From NCBI GenBank assembly GCA_002362385.1, contig DEUB01000042.1, forward strand, positions 14,033-78,032: a DNA stretch of 64,000 bases. Reading direction: 5' to 3'. The translations under genes and the position numbers were made by a program. Below, piece after piece: positions 40,166-48,280 of the stretch (position 1 is the first letter of the stretch; each line of letters begins with the position of its first letter). Below the pieces are notes generated by a model. That model was not told the DNA's origin, did not search any database, and saw only the letters and a program-made list of their open reading frames with translations. The DNA comes from Lachnospiraceae bacterium UBA3273. Lineage in GTDB: Bacteria; Bacillota; Clostridia; Lachnospirales; Lachnospiraceae.

Positions 40166-40913
40166 ATATAAGCGCCTCCTTAACCATTTCGTTCCAGCGC
40201 TCATCACAAAATCCTTCAAGAGCAAATTGCTTATAAAGACTATCTGAAATCCGTTCCTCTTTATGTGCCCGCTCAAGGAGCTGGCTATATTGTCCATATG
40301 ACTTTTCCATTTCTTCTTCAGGAGATTTCATATATAAGGACATATCTATTCCCGTATCCTTAACATTATCTAAAATATTTGCATTTATTAATTCATGATA
40401 ACGAAGGTCGTTGATTTTCTCTTCCTGATGCAACCTATATACAATCGCCTGAAAACTCATACGAAAAAACTGACTTAACCTTACAATATGTTCTAATGTC
40501 CACTCTTTCACTCCATATTTTTCAATGAACCATTCTAATGCATCGCAAGGAAGCAAAAAATAAGATGCGAAACGATCTGCCTCCTTTTCAGAATCCGTTT
40601 TACTTCCCTTTTTGCAAATAACTCCTTGTCCTCTACACTCAATTTCCATATGATACAACTCATGCGCAACAGTAAACCGCTGTCTCCCCAAAGACATCAT
40701 GGAATTTACGGCAATTATTTTAGAAGCTCCATCAATAATGCACATTCCACTGATATTGTCCGTCATGGGCAATCTGATAAAGGTATAACGTTCTTGTGCC
40801 ATCAATAATCCAATCACATCTATCGGTTCTGTACTCCCATAACCATTTATTCTTCTCTGTTTGACAGCTTCCGTCTGTAATTGCAAATCATCTTTCATTA
40901 CAATATCACTCAC
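40158..40913 (-). CDS. ImmA/IrrE family metallopeptidase
   Basis: RQRFT.AHELYH (HExxH), E.EAD.FA..FL.P, F..S..A..YRL. Confidence 0.9.
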   Translation of the reverse strand: MSDIVMKDDLQLQTEAVKQRRINGYGSTEPIDVIGLLMAQERYTFIRLPMTDNISGMCIIDGASKIIAVNSMMSLGRQRFTVAHELYHMEIECRGQGVICKKGSKTDSEKEADRFASYFLLPCDALEWFIEKYGVKEWTLEHIVRLSQFFRMSFQAIVYRLHQEEKINDLRYHELINANILDNVKDTGIDMSLYMKSPEEEMEKSYGQYSQLLERAHKEERISDSLYKQFALEGFCDERWNEMVKEALIYD

Positions 40914-41259
40914 TCTCTAAACTAGCCTTAATCCGTCTCAAATTCAGTGCAATCCTCTGTACCTTTGAAACTACCTCAATATCATCCAATGTTAAATCTT
41001 TTGCCCGATAAGCTACTGCAAGCGGCTGGTATTCCTGTTCCTCCAAAACTGCATTTACTTCACAGCCAAACAGCCTGCATGCCTTTTCAAGCGATGCCAT
41101 TCCAAGGCTTCTTTCTCCAACTTCAAATTTTGCAATCAAAGAGCGGTCTACCTGAAGAAATTGTGCAATCTGCTCTTGAGTAAAATCATTTTGCCTTCTG
41201 ATTTCTTTAAAACGCCTTCCGGCATTTACCAGCATTTCATTTCTCTCTTTGTCTGCCAT
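40906..41259 (-). CDS. XRE family HTH transcriptional regulator
   Basis: R.....TQEQIA..L.V.RS.IA..E.G. Confidence 0.88.
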   Translation of the reverse strand: MADKERNEMLVNAGRRFKEIRRQNDFTQEQIAQFLQVDRSLIAKFEVGERSLGMASLEKACRLFGCEVNAVLEEQEYQPLAVAYRAKDLTLDDIEVVSKVQRIALNLRRIKASLESE

Positions 41260-41299
41260 ATGAATTTCCTCCGATTTTCTAATCATCTTTTGTTATCTT

Positions 41300-41366
41300 A
41301 ATATACAACGGAATTGTCACATTGTCAACTGATTTATTTTCATAAAAAGTGACAACTTGAGACAAT
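41300..41366 (-). promoter_or_regulatory. sigma-A promoter with repeated TTGTCA(C) operator-like boxes
   Basis: TTGACA-17-TATATT on minus strand; ATTGTCACATTGTCAAC and an inverted copy GTGACAACTTGAGACAAT. Confidence 0.55.
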
Positions 41367-41408
41367 ACTTTGTGCTTTTAATAAATTACGGAAAAATTGT
41401 AAAACTGT

Positions 41409-41702
41409 TTATTTTGTAAAATAAGTATTAGCCATCATTGCAAATGCACAAACGCCGCCGATCGCATAAAGGCCGTTTATAATCAGGCAGACCTTCATTA
41501 CGTTATTCTGCACCTTTGCCTTGACATAGGAAAGAAGCGTAAACACGCCGCTAAAGATCATAAATGCAGCGTAGCAGGAGATCATGATCTCAGCGACAGG
41601 CGATTTAAGCGCCCAATCAAAAGACCTTAAAGGCAAAATAGTCCACGGTACAATAAGCATAAGAGCATTAACAGCAGTTAAAATTTTATTTTTCATAAAC
41701 AT
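41409..41702 (-). CDS. small membrane protein
   Basis: 3 TM; TAATG-coupled to upstream permease. Confidence 0.75.
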   Translation of the reverse strand: MFMKNKILTAVNALMLIVPWTILPLRSFDWALKSPVAEIMISCYAAFMIFSGVFTLLSYVKAKVQNNVMKVCLIINGLYAIGGVCAFAMMANTYFTK

Positions 41703-42472
41703 TATCTCCTTTCAGCCTGCCCGAATCGGATGCAGGAAACAGTCAAACATATAATTGTAACAGCAAAGGCGACAGGTATCCACGGTATTAATTCTACCTG
41801 CGCCGTATTGAGATTTGCCGCAAGTTTTCCATATTCCGAAGTGATGACAAAAAACGGATATGACATGGGATAGGCAAACCAAATTTTTGTATTGATCATC
41901 AATACAGACGGCACGATGGATGCCAGGCCTATACCGATGGAAAAAATCGGAGTCTGAATGCACACAGACAGCATCCAGAAAAATGCAATCATGGGGATAG
42001 CGGCCAGAAAAAGCATAGCAGCTTCTTTCCCGACAAACACCGGCGACAGGAAAAAATAATAAGCCTGGGTTTTGGAACAAATAACAGCGCTGATATAGTA
42101 CATACCCGTCATCATCAAAATTTGTGCTGCCGCCAATGAAAGCAATACAAAAAACTTTGCAAGACAGAGCTTCGCTGTGTTAATTGGCAGCGCCAGCATT
42201 TTCAGAATTCCTTTGTTCGTCCTTTCCGTCTGGCTTAGAAGAACCGTTCCCACTACCATGCTTGCGGGAAACATAAACCACGACATTCCCATAAAGCCTT
42301 GAATAAAGAAATTATTTTCCGGAGAAATGCCCTCCGCCTGCATTTTGAAATTCATATGTGCATTTAAAATGGACGGTATCCACAGGACAACTGTTGCCAC
42401 GAGCAGAATGAAAAGTATCTTCGAGCGTTTTATTTTCTTAAATTCAATGCCGGTAAGCGATAAAAAATTCAT
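41702..42472 (-). CDS. ABC-2 permease, lantibiotic-immunity (LanE/LanG-like)
   Basis: IEF.KIKRS, E....G..K...LP, about 6 TM. Confidence 0.82.
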   Translation of the reverse strand: MNFLSLTGIEFKKIKRSKILFILLVATVVLWIPSILNAHMNFKMQAEGISPENNFFIQGFMGMSWFMFPASMVVGTVLLSQTERTNKGILKMLALPINTAKLCLAKFFVLLSLAAAQILMMTGMYYISAVICSKTQAYYFFLSPVFVGKEAAMLFLAAIPMIAFFWMLSVCIQTPIFSIGIGLASIVPSVLMINTKIWFAYPMSYPFFVITSEYGKLAANLNTAQVELIPWIPVAFAVTIICLTVSCIRFGQAERR

Positions 42473-43191
42473 GCAAAGGACCTCCTTATCTTTATCAATA
42501 ACAGCTCTGCCAGGCCGAAAACAAAAGTCTCCGCCGCTGCCGCATAAATATAGCGCGTTACCTGTGCCAAATCAGTACCTGTAAACATCTGAAAGGGCGT
42601 CGCAAAGGGAAAGAGCGAAAGCGCAAAGTTATCCGTCGGCAGCATTGTTGCAGTAAAAACGCAGACCACGCCGATACCAAGGGATATCCACATATTTTTA
42701 CAGGCTTCCGAAATAAGCATTGATAAAACGAGACAGGGCAGCATCAGCAAGAACGCATACCCAAAGTTCCTGCCCAATTCCTCCCAAAAACCGTTCCTAG
42801 CCTCAAACCAATAGTATGCACAAAAAGCGGTTGCCCCCGCTTCTATAGCAAGTATCAGAAGGCTCATAAGGATCGTCAAAATAACTTTACCTGAGAAAAT
42901 GGAAATTTCCCGAACAGGAAGCGACTTCATTTTCTGCATGGCATGATCGGCATATTCCGTGTGATATAAAAGACATGCTCCCGTTACCACAAGTAGCACA
43001 TTCAACATCGCCATCATCTGCCAATTGGCGCTAAGCAGGATCTGCAGGGGACTTCCCTGTTTTGTCTGATATATTTCTGAACGGACTGCCATATTGACAA
43101 CGGGAACGGCTCCGGCCAAAATACCACCGCCTATGAACGCCTGCAAAAAGCCGGTCCGCCTTATTTTTTTGCATTCCAGAAAAACACTCAT
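42469..43191 (-). CDS. ABC-2 permease, lantibiotic-immunity (LanE/LanG-like)
   Basis: LE.KK.RRT, EY......KM..LP, about 6 TM. Confidence 0.82.
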   Translation of the reverse strand: MSVFLECKKIRRTGFLQAFIGGGILAGAVPVVNMAVRSEIYQTKQGSPLQILLSANWQMMAMLNVLLVVTGACLLYHTEYADHAMQKMKSLPVREISIFSGKVILTILMSLLILAIEAGATAFCAYYWFEARNGFWEELGRNFGYAFLLMLPCLVLSMLISEACKNMWISLGIGVVCVFTATMLPTDNFALSLFPFATPFQMFTGTDLAQVTRYIYAAAAETFVFGLAELLLIKIRRSFA

Positions 43192-43943
43192 CCTAAAGCA
43201 CCTCTTTTCCGGTTATCAGCGTCAATCATTGCAAGAAAAGTATCTTCCAGATTATCCGTAGGATAACCCTGTAGATCCGCATTCATTTTCAGCTCATCGA
43301 GAGTTCCTTCAAACAACAAATGCCCCCGGTTCAGGATACCGATATGATCGGCCATCAATTCTATTTCAGACAAAAGATGGGACGATACTAAAACAGTACA
43401 GCCAAATTTTTCCGGCAGTGAACGGATAAGCGTTCTGATCTCGTGAATGCCTACAGGGTCAAGACCGTTTGTAGGCTCATCCAGAATCAGGATCGGCGGC
43501 TTCCCTATCAATGCGCCGGCAAGACCTAATCTCTGTTTCATTCCGAGGGAATAATTTTTAGCAAGCCTCTTTTTAAACTGTGTCAGCCCCACAATTTCAA
43601 GCGCTTCTGCTACCGAAGATCCAGGAAGCCCCAATATCCTGCGGATAATTTCAAGATTTTCCTCGCCGCTTAGATTTCCATAAAAAGCAGGGGCCTCGAT
43701 AAACGAGCCTATTTCTTTTAAAATCTCCACCCTGTTTTCAGGGTATTTCTTCCCGTCAATGGTAAATGAGCCGCTCGTAGGCCTGGTAAGTCCCAGGAAC
43801 ATTTTCATGGTGGTGGACTTTCCCGCGCCGTTGGGACCGAGGAAGCCATAGACAACACCTTTGGGAATATGCAGGCTGACGCCTGAAACCGCAGTAAAAT
43901 CAGCATAAGATTTTGTTAAATTTTTAGTTTCAATGACATTCAT
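43188..43943 (-). CDS. ABC transporter ATP-binding protein (LanF/BcrA-like)
   Basis: GPNGAGKST, YSLGMKQRL, LDEPTNGLDP, SSH.L.E. Confidence 0.9.
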   Translation of the reverse strand: MNVIETKNLTKSYADFTAVSGVSLHIPKGVVYGFLGPNGAGKSTTMKMFLGLTRPTSGSFTIDGKKYPENRVEILKEIGSFIEAPAFYGNLSGEENLEIIRRILGLPGSSVAEALEIVGLTQFKKRLAKNYSLGMKQRLGLAGALIGKPPILILDEPTNGLDPVGIHEIRTLIRSLPEKFGCTVLVSSHLLSEIELMADHIGILNRGHLLFEGTLDELKMNADLQGYPTDNLEDTFLAMIDADNRKRGALG

Positions 43944-43991
43944 TGTACTTTGCTCCTTTCTCATCATTGTAAATACATTGTACGTTCCCAA

Positions 43992-44033
43992 CCTTATGCT
44001 GACCTTCTCCTGTCCTTACATTTACCTTACATT
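43992..44033. promoter_or_regulatory. OmpR-family tandem binding boxes
   Basis: CCTT(A/C) cores at 43992, 44003, 44014, 44025, exact 11-bp period, between divergent ABC and response-regulator genes. Confidence 0.6.
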
Positions 44034-44097
44034 TTTGCACAAAATATAAAAATAAATATTTTCATGGTATACTGGAAAATACAAAGGAGGGCTTCCT

Positions 44098-44802
44098 ATG
44101 AACTCTGATTATTTAAAACAAAAACGCATTTTGCTTGTGGATGATGAACCGGAGCTTTTAGATATGGTGGCATCTATTTTAAATGAAGACGGATTTCAAA
44201 ATATTAAGACAGCAAAAACGATTGCAGAAGCAGTTGCTGTTTCAAAGGAATATGCTCCTGAATTTGCAATTCTGGATGTGATGCTTCCCGACGGCAGCGG
44301 CTTTGACCTTATGAAACAGCTTAAAAGTACCTTTGATTATCCCGTGCTCTTTTTAACGGCACGTGGAGAGGATGACGATAAGTTCCGCGGCTTCAGTCTC
44401 GGAGCAGACGACTATATGGTAAAGCCGTTCTTACCAAAAGAACTTCTGTTCCGTATTAATGCCATTCTTCGAAGAAGCTACAAAGATGAGAATCCCCTTG
44501 TAAAATTGCCGGGCAGTGAAATCGACTTTGACCGTGCAGAGGTAATTAAAAACGGAAAACATATTCCGCTTACGGCAAAAGAACACAGCATTCTTGCTGC
44601 TTTATACCGGAATGCAGGGCGGATCGTTACCATCGACGCCCTGTGCGAGGCCGCCTGGGGCGATAATCCTTTTGGTTATGAGAATTCACTGATGGCGCAT
44701 ATCCGCCGAATCAGAGAAAAGATTGAAACGGATCCGTCCTCTCCCGTTGCTTTGATAACGATCAAGGGACTCGGCTATAAACTCATAGTGGAGGGAAAGT
44801 AA
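44098..44802 (+). CDS. OmpR family response regulator
   Basis: LLVDDE, LDVMLPD, LTA, DDY..KPF, winged-helix HI.R.R.K. Confidence 0.94.
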   Translation: MNSDYLKQKRILLVDDEPELLDMVASILNEDGFQNIKTAKTIAEAVAVSKEYAPEFAILDVMLPDGSGFDLMKQLKSTFDYPVLFLTARGEDDDKFRGFSLGADDYMVKPFLPKELLFRINAILRRSYKDENPLVKLPGSEIDFDRAEVIKNGKHIPLTAKEHSILAALYRNAGRIVTIDALCEAAWGDNPFGYENSLMAHIRRIREKIETDPSSPVALITIKGLGYKLIVEGK

Positions 44803-44803
44803 T

Positions 44804-46195
44804 ATGAAAAGCGTACTGAAACTGATACGGCGTTTTGTCGGTATCATGCTCTTATCTTCAGCTCTGCTTATTATTTTAAATTTTATCCTATTATTTATAA
44901 TTACCGTGAGACAAGCAACAAATTCACAGCCCTGGCAGACTGCTAAAGAAGTTGCAGATAACTTATTTCAGAATGATAATGAATACATTTTGCCGGAGAA
45001 TTTAGCGCTTGAATTGAAAAAAACTGATACATGGGCCATTTTTATTGACAATACGACGATGAACGTAGTATGGCATACAGATGATCTGCCCGAAACTATA
45101 CCTATGTCATATTCCATTTCGGATATTGCACGGCTGACCCGCGGTTATATAGACGGGTATCCCACATTTACAGGAGAAGCAGAGAACGGGCTGGTCGTAT
45201 TAGGCTATCCCAAAGACAGCTTTTGGAAACATATGTGGCCAAGCTGGGATTACCATTTGATCGCCAATTTACCCAAAACTTTTCTTACTGTTCTTGCAAT
45301 TAATGTTACGCTGATCTTTATGATCTATGCAGCTGCTAACTCCAGGCTTTTGAAATCGGTAAAACCGATCGTAAGCGGGATACAGTCTCTGCCTGCAGAA
45401 GAAGACGTTCACATAAAAGAAAAGGGACTGCTGTCAGAGCTTGCAGCCAATATTAATAAAACCTCGGAGATCCTTCAGTCCCAACGCAGGCAGCTCCGCA
45501 AAAAGGAGACTGCAAGGGCTAATTGGATCGCAGGAGTATCCCATGACATACGCACGCCGCTGTCTATGGTAATGGGTTACGCAAGCCAGTTAGAAAGTGA
45601 TGATCGTTTACCGAAAGATGACCGCAAAAAAGCTTCGGTTATTGTAAGTAAAAGCCGGCAAATGAAAAATCTGATCAACGACCTGAATCTTGCGTCCAAA
45701 TTGGAATATAACATGCAGCCCATAAATCCTGCAAGGCAAAATCTCGTCGCCGTTGTCCGTCAGGTAGTGGTGGATTTTATCAATACGGATATTGATGATA
45801 AGCATCCCATTGAATGGGAAACTGATGAGGATCTAAAGGTTTGCTTTGCAGATATTGACGAAGACCTGATGAAAAGAGCAGTAAGTAATCTGATTCAAAA
45901 TTGTATCAACCATAATGAACAGGGATGCCATATCTTTGTACGTGTTATGACCGGAGAAGATACCTGTATGATAGTCGTTGAAGATGACGGCAGGGGGGCT
46001 ACAGACGAACAGATTGAAAAACTGAATCGTTCTCCTCATTATATGATCTGCGATGAGAATACATCAGAGCAGCGCCACGGTTTAGGGCTGCTCATTGTTA
46101 AGCAGATCGTGACGGCACACGGTGGTGTAACCGAAATCGGCCACAGCTCATATGGCGGTTTTTCTGTGACACTTATATTACCCATGCAGGAATAA
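44804..46195 (+). CDS. sensor histidine kinase
   Basis: SHDIRTPL H-box, N-box, DDG.G, GLGL. Confidence 0.93.
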   Translation: MKSVLKLIRRFVGIMLLSSALLIILNFILLFIITVRQATNSQPWQTAKEVADNLFQNDNEYILPENLALELKKTDTWAIFIDNTTMNVVWHTDDLPETIPMSYSISDIARLTRGYIDGYPTFTGEAENGLVVLGYPKDSFWKHMWPSWDYHLIANLPKTFLTVLAINVTLIFMIYAAANSRLLKSVKPIVSGIQSLPAEEDVHIKEKGLLSELAANINKTSEILQSQRRQLRKKETARANWIAGVSHDIRTPLSMVMGYASQLESDDRLPKDDRKKASVIVSKSRQMKNLINDLNLASKLEYNMQPINPARQNLVAVVRQVVVDFINTDIDDKHPIEWETDEDLKVCFADIDEDLMKRAVSNLIQNCINHNEQGCHIFVRVMTGEDTCMIVVEDDGRGATDEQIEKLNRSPHYMICDENTSEQRHGLGLLIVKQIVTAHGGVTEIGHSSYGGFSVTLILPMQE

Positions 46196-46203
46196 GAGGC
46201 CCT

Positions 46204-47448
46204 TTATTTCCAGTCAATGGATCCGCTAAAGACTACCTTATTCCTGCCTTTTGCAATCTTTCCGACTTCATAGCATTCATAATATTTTTGTACTGTATCT
46301 ACAACCTTTTTCTCCTCTTCCCTTTCCACCACAATCATGAACCCCACGCCGCAGTTAAAAGTGGACAGCATTTCTTCCTGCCCGATATTTCCTTTATTTC
46401 GGATATAGGAAAAAACAGGAAGGGGCTTTATTTTTGTCAAATCAATTTCCGCGCTTAAGCCGTCAGGCATTATCCTGCTTAAATTTCCTTCTATCCCGCC
46501 GCCTGTAATATGGGCCATCCCGTGAACATACGGACAGCCGAATAAATTTTTGACAGCTTTGTAATAAGGGGTGTGCGGTTTCATAATTTGCTCTATAAAT
46601 GTTTCTCCCTGGATTTTATCAAGCTTTATCTGCGGCATTTTATCCATAAGCATCCGCACAAGGGAGTAACCGTTTGTGTGAAGCCCATTAGAAGCAACTG
46701 CTAACACCACATCTCCTTCCCTGACCCGCGAACCGTCAATAATATTTTCCCTCCCCACGATTCCTGCAACACTTGATGTGAGGATATAGACGCCTTTCTC
46801 AATCACTTGCGGCTGAATGGAAGTCTCGCCGCCTACCAGATCACATTCATTTTCCCTGCACGCTTCTGAAATTCCTTTTACAAAAGATTTTATTGTTTCT
46901 TTTTCCGCATTGCCGCACACAATAGTGTCCAATACTGCTAAAGGTCTCGCGCCCATAACAACAATATCATTGACCAGATGGTTTATCATATCATGGCAGA
47001 TGGACTCACTATAGCCGTATTCCATGGCTAACTTTTGTTTTGATCCCGGTTCTTCCGCCTTCAAAACAAGAACCGGGTTTTTGATTTCCGGAAAATGAAT
47101 ATCATACAGGGATGCGAATGGGCCAAATCCATTTAAGACACGCTCATTTTCCGTCTTTAAGTAAACCGCCATTTCCCTTTTCATGGCGTCGGTATAAGAA
47201 ATGTCCACACCTGCCTTACTATACGAAAAACTTTCATTTTTCTTTTCTTCTCCATTTAAAATTTCATCCACGCTGACCCGCAAAAGCTTTGCCAGTTCCA
47301 CAAGCATTTCCACATTGGGCAGGGTTCCGTTTTCCCACTTGGAGACAGCCTGAAAGGAAACCTTTAATTTTTCCGCCACATCCGCCTGGGTCAATCCCAA
47401 AGCCTTTCTTCTATGTGAAATGAACTTTGCAATCTTCTGATTATCCAA
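46204..47448 (-). CDS. XRE-HTH fused to divergent PurM (AIR synthetase-like) protein
   Basis: N-terminal TQ.DVAE.L.VS.QAVSKWE.G; then YSKAGVD, VND...GA.P, GGET, GLH.NGYSL, HITGGG, FN.G.G; TTG start. Confidence 0.85.
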   Translation of the reverse strand: MDNQKIAKFISHRRKALGLTQADVAEKLKVSFQAVSKWENGTLPNVEMLVELAKLLRVSVDEILNGEEKKNESFSYSKAGVDISYTDAMKREMAVYLKTENERVLNGFGPFASLYDIHFPEIKNPVLVLKAEEPGSKQKLAMEYGYSESICHDMINHLVNDIVVMGARPLAVLDTIVCGNAEKETIKSFVKGISEACRENECDLVGGETSIQPQVIEKGVYILTSSVAGIVGRENIIDGSRVREGDVVLAVASNGLHTNGYSLVRMLMDKMPQIKLDKIQGETFIEQIMKPHTPYYKAVKNLFGCPYVHGMAHITGGGIEGNLSRIMPDGLSAEIDLTKIKPLPVFSYIRNKGNIGQEEMLSTFNCGVGFMIVVEREEEKKVVDTVQKYYECYEVGKIAKGRNKVVFSGSIDWK

Positions 47449-47463
47449 TAAAAAGCACCAACC

Positions 47464-47504
47464 TTTCCTGTTCTTATTGTATAAAACAGGAAACATTGAT
47501 GCAA
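47464..47504 (-). promoter_or_regulatory. sigma-A promoter with inverted-repeat operator
   Basis: TTGCAT-17-TACAAT on minus strand; TTTCCTGTT/AACAGGAAA inverted repeat straddling the -10. Confidence 0.65.
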
Positions 47505-47581
47505 TAACCGGATATTTGAAGATATAAAAAAATTTCTACCAGGAGTTGAATGATATGTTTTATCCCAAACAACAGAAATAA

Positions 47582-47669
47582 CGGAAAGGAAAGGATTCGA
47601 ACCTTCGGTACACTTGCGCGTACGGCGCATTAGCAATGCGCTGCCTTAGACCATCTCGGCCACCTTTCC
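47582..47669 (-). tRNA. tRNA-Ser(GCT), CCA not encoded
   Basis: acceptor GGAAAGG/CCTTTCC, discriminator G, anticodon arm GCGCA-TTGCTAA-TGCGC, long variable arm with GCAA loop, TTCGAAT T-loop. Confidence 0.92.
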
Positions 47670-47673
47670 ATAA

Positions 47674-47757
47674 TGGATGGGGCAGGACTCGAACCTGCGT
47701 TGTTTCTTATGTCAGGGTTTTACAGACCCCTGCCCTCGCCACTAGGCATACCCATCC
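47674..47757 (-). tRNA. tRNA-Tyr(GTA), atypical, CCA not encoded
   Basis: acceptor GGATGGG/CCCATCC, discriminator A, anticodon arm GGGGT-CTGTAAA-ACCCT, T arm GCAGG-TTCGAGT-CCTGC; 3-nt acceptor-D linker and poorly paired 15-nt variable region. Confidence 0.85.
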
Positions 47758-47818
47758 TTATTGTTTTAGGGGGACTTCCCGGCATTTCCGGTTAAAGAAT
47801 GCCGGTGTCCCTTTAATC

Positions 47819-48073
47819 TTACGCGCCTATTTGTGTAGACGCCGCAATATTTATAACAAGAATATCATCTACCTGTACCTGAAAAATTACCGCCAATACT
47901 ACCAGATTATCTACGGAGGGCAAGGCCGTACCCTGCTGCCATTTGTAGATTGCCTGGGGTGTGGAGAAGCCAAAAATATTCTGGATATCTTTCACGGATA
48001 ATCCTTTTTCTTTCCTTAACTGTGTGATATTCTGTCCTGTTTTAACCATGTCAATGGTGGGAATTTGTATCAT
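47819..48073 (-). CDS. XRE family HTH transcriptional regulator
   Basis: AGGAGG RBS; LR..KGLSV..Q..FGF..PQAIYKWQ.G..LP. Confidence 0.9.
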   Translation of the reverse strand: MIQIPTIDMVKTGQNITQLRKEKGLSVKDIQNIFGFSTPQAIYKWQQGTALPSVDNLVVLAVIFQVQVDDILVINIAASTQIGA

Positions 48074-48149
48074 TTTTATGTCCTCCTGTTCTGGCAGACT
48101 GACGGTAAATAAGCTTCCCTTCTGGAGGTTTTAGCTTTTCTCTTCCCCC

Positions 48150-48280
48150 GACGTGCCTTAATCGCACAATTGCTTCGCAATCATGCGATTATAGGGCTTC
48201 GCCCTATAAGCTATATTTGCAAACCGTCTGATGGTAAGCAAGCTTCCCCTCAGACGCTTTACAAATATAGCTTGCACGTC
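48150..48280 (-). other. four-way-junction structured element (RNA or ssDNA) directly after the rtcB stop
   Basis: closing stem GACGTGC/GCACGTC plus three arms; two GC-GAA-GC loops on minus strand. Confidence 0.7.

Noticed and set aside
40166-40297. N-terminal extension of the PIN ORF given in the ORF track
   Set aside because: Overlaps 130 bp of the ImmA gene; a strong AGGAGG RBS supports ATG 40165
47582-47757. tRNAs as a prophage/ICE attachment site
   Set aside because: No integrase and no duplicated tRNA 3' fragment seen in the window
48099-48248. Direct repeat pair as a mini-CRISPR array
   Set aside because: Only two imperfect 21-bp copies 129 bp apart, and no cas genes
48150-48280. 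Hammerhead or other known self-cleaving ribozyme, or YrlA-like Y RNA, next to RtcB
   Set aside because: No CUGANGA/GAAA core at the junction and no T-arm (TTCGA) motif by eye; junction has almost no unpaired conserved bases. A covariance-model search is still needed
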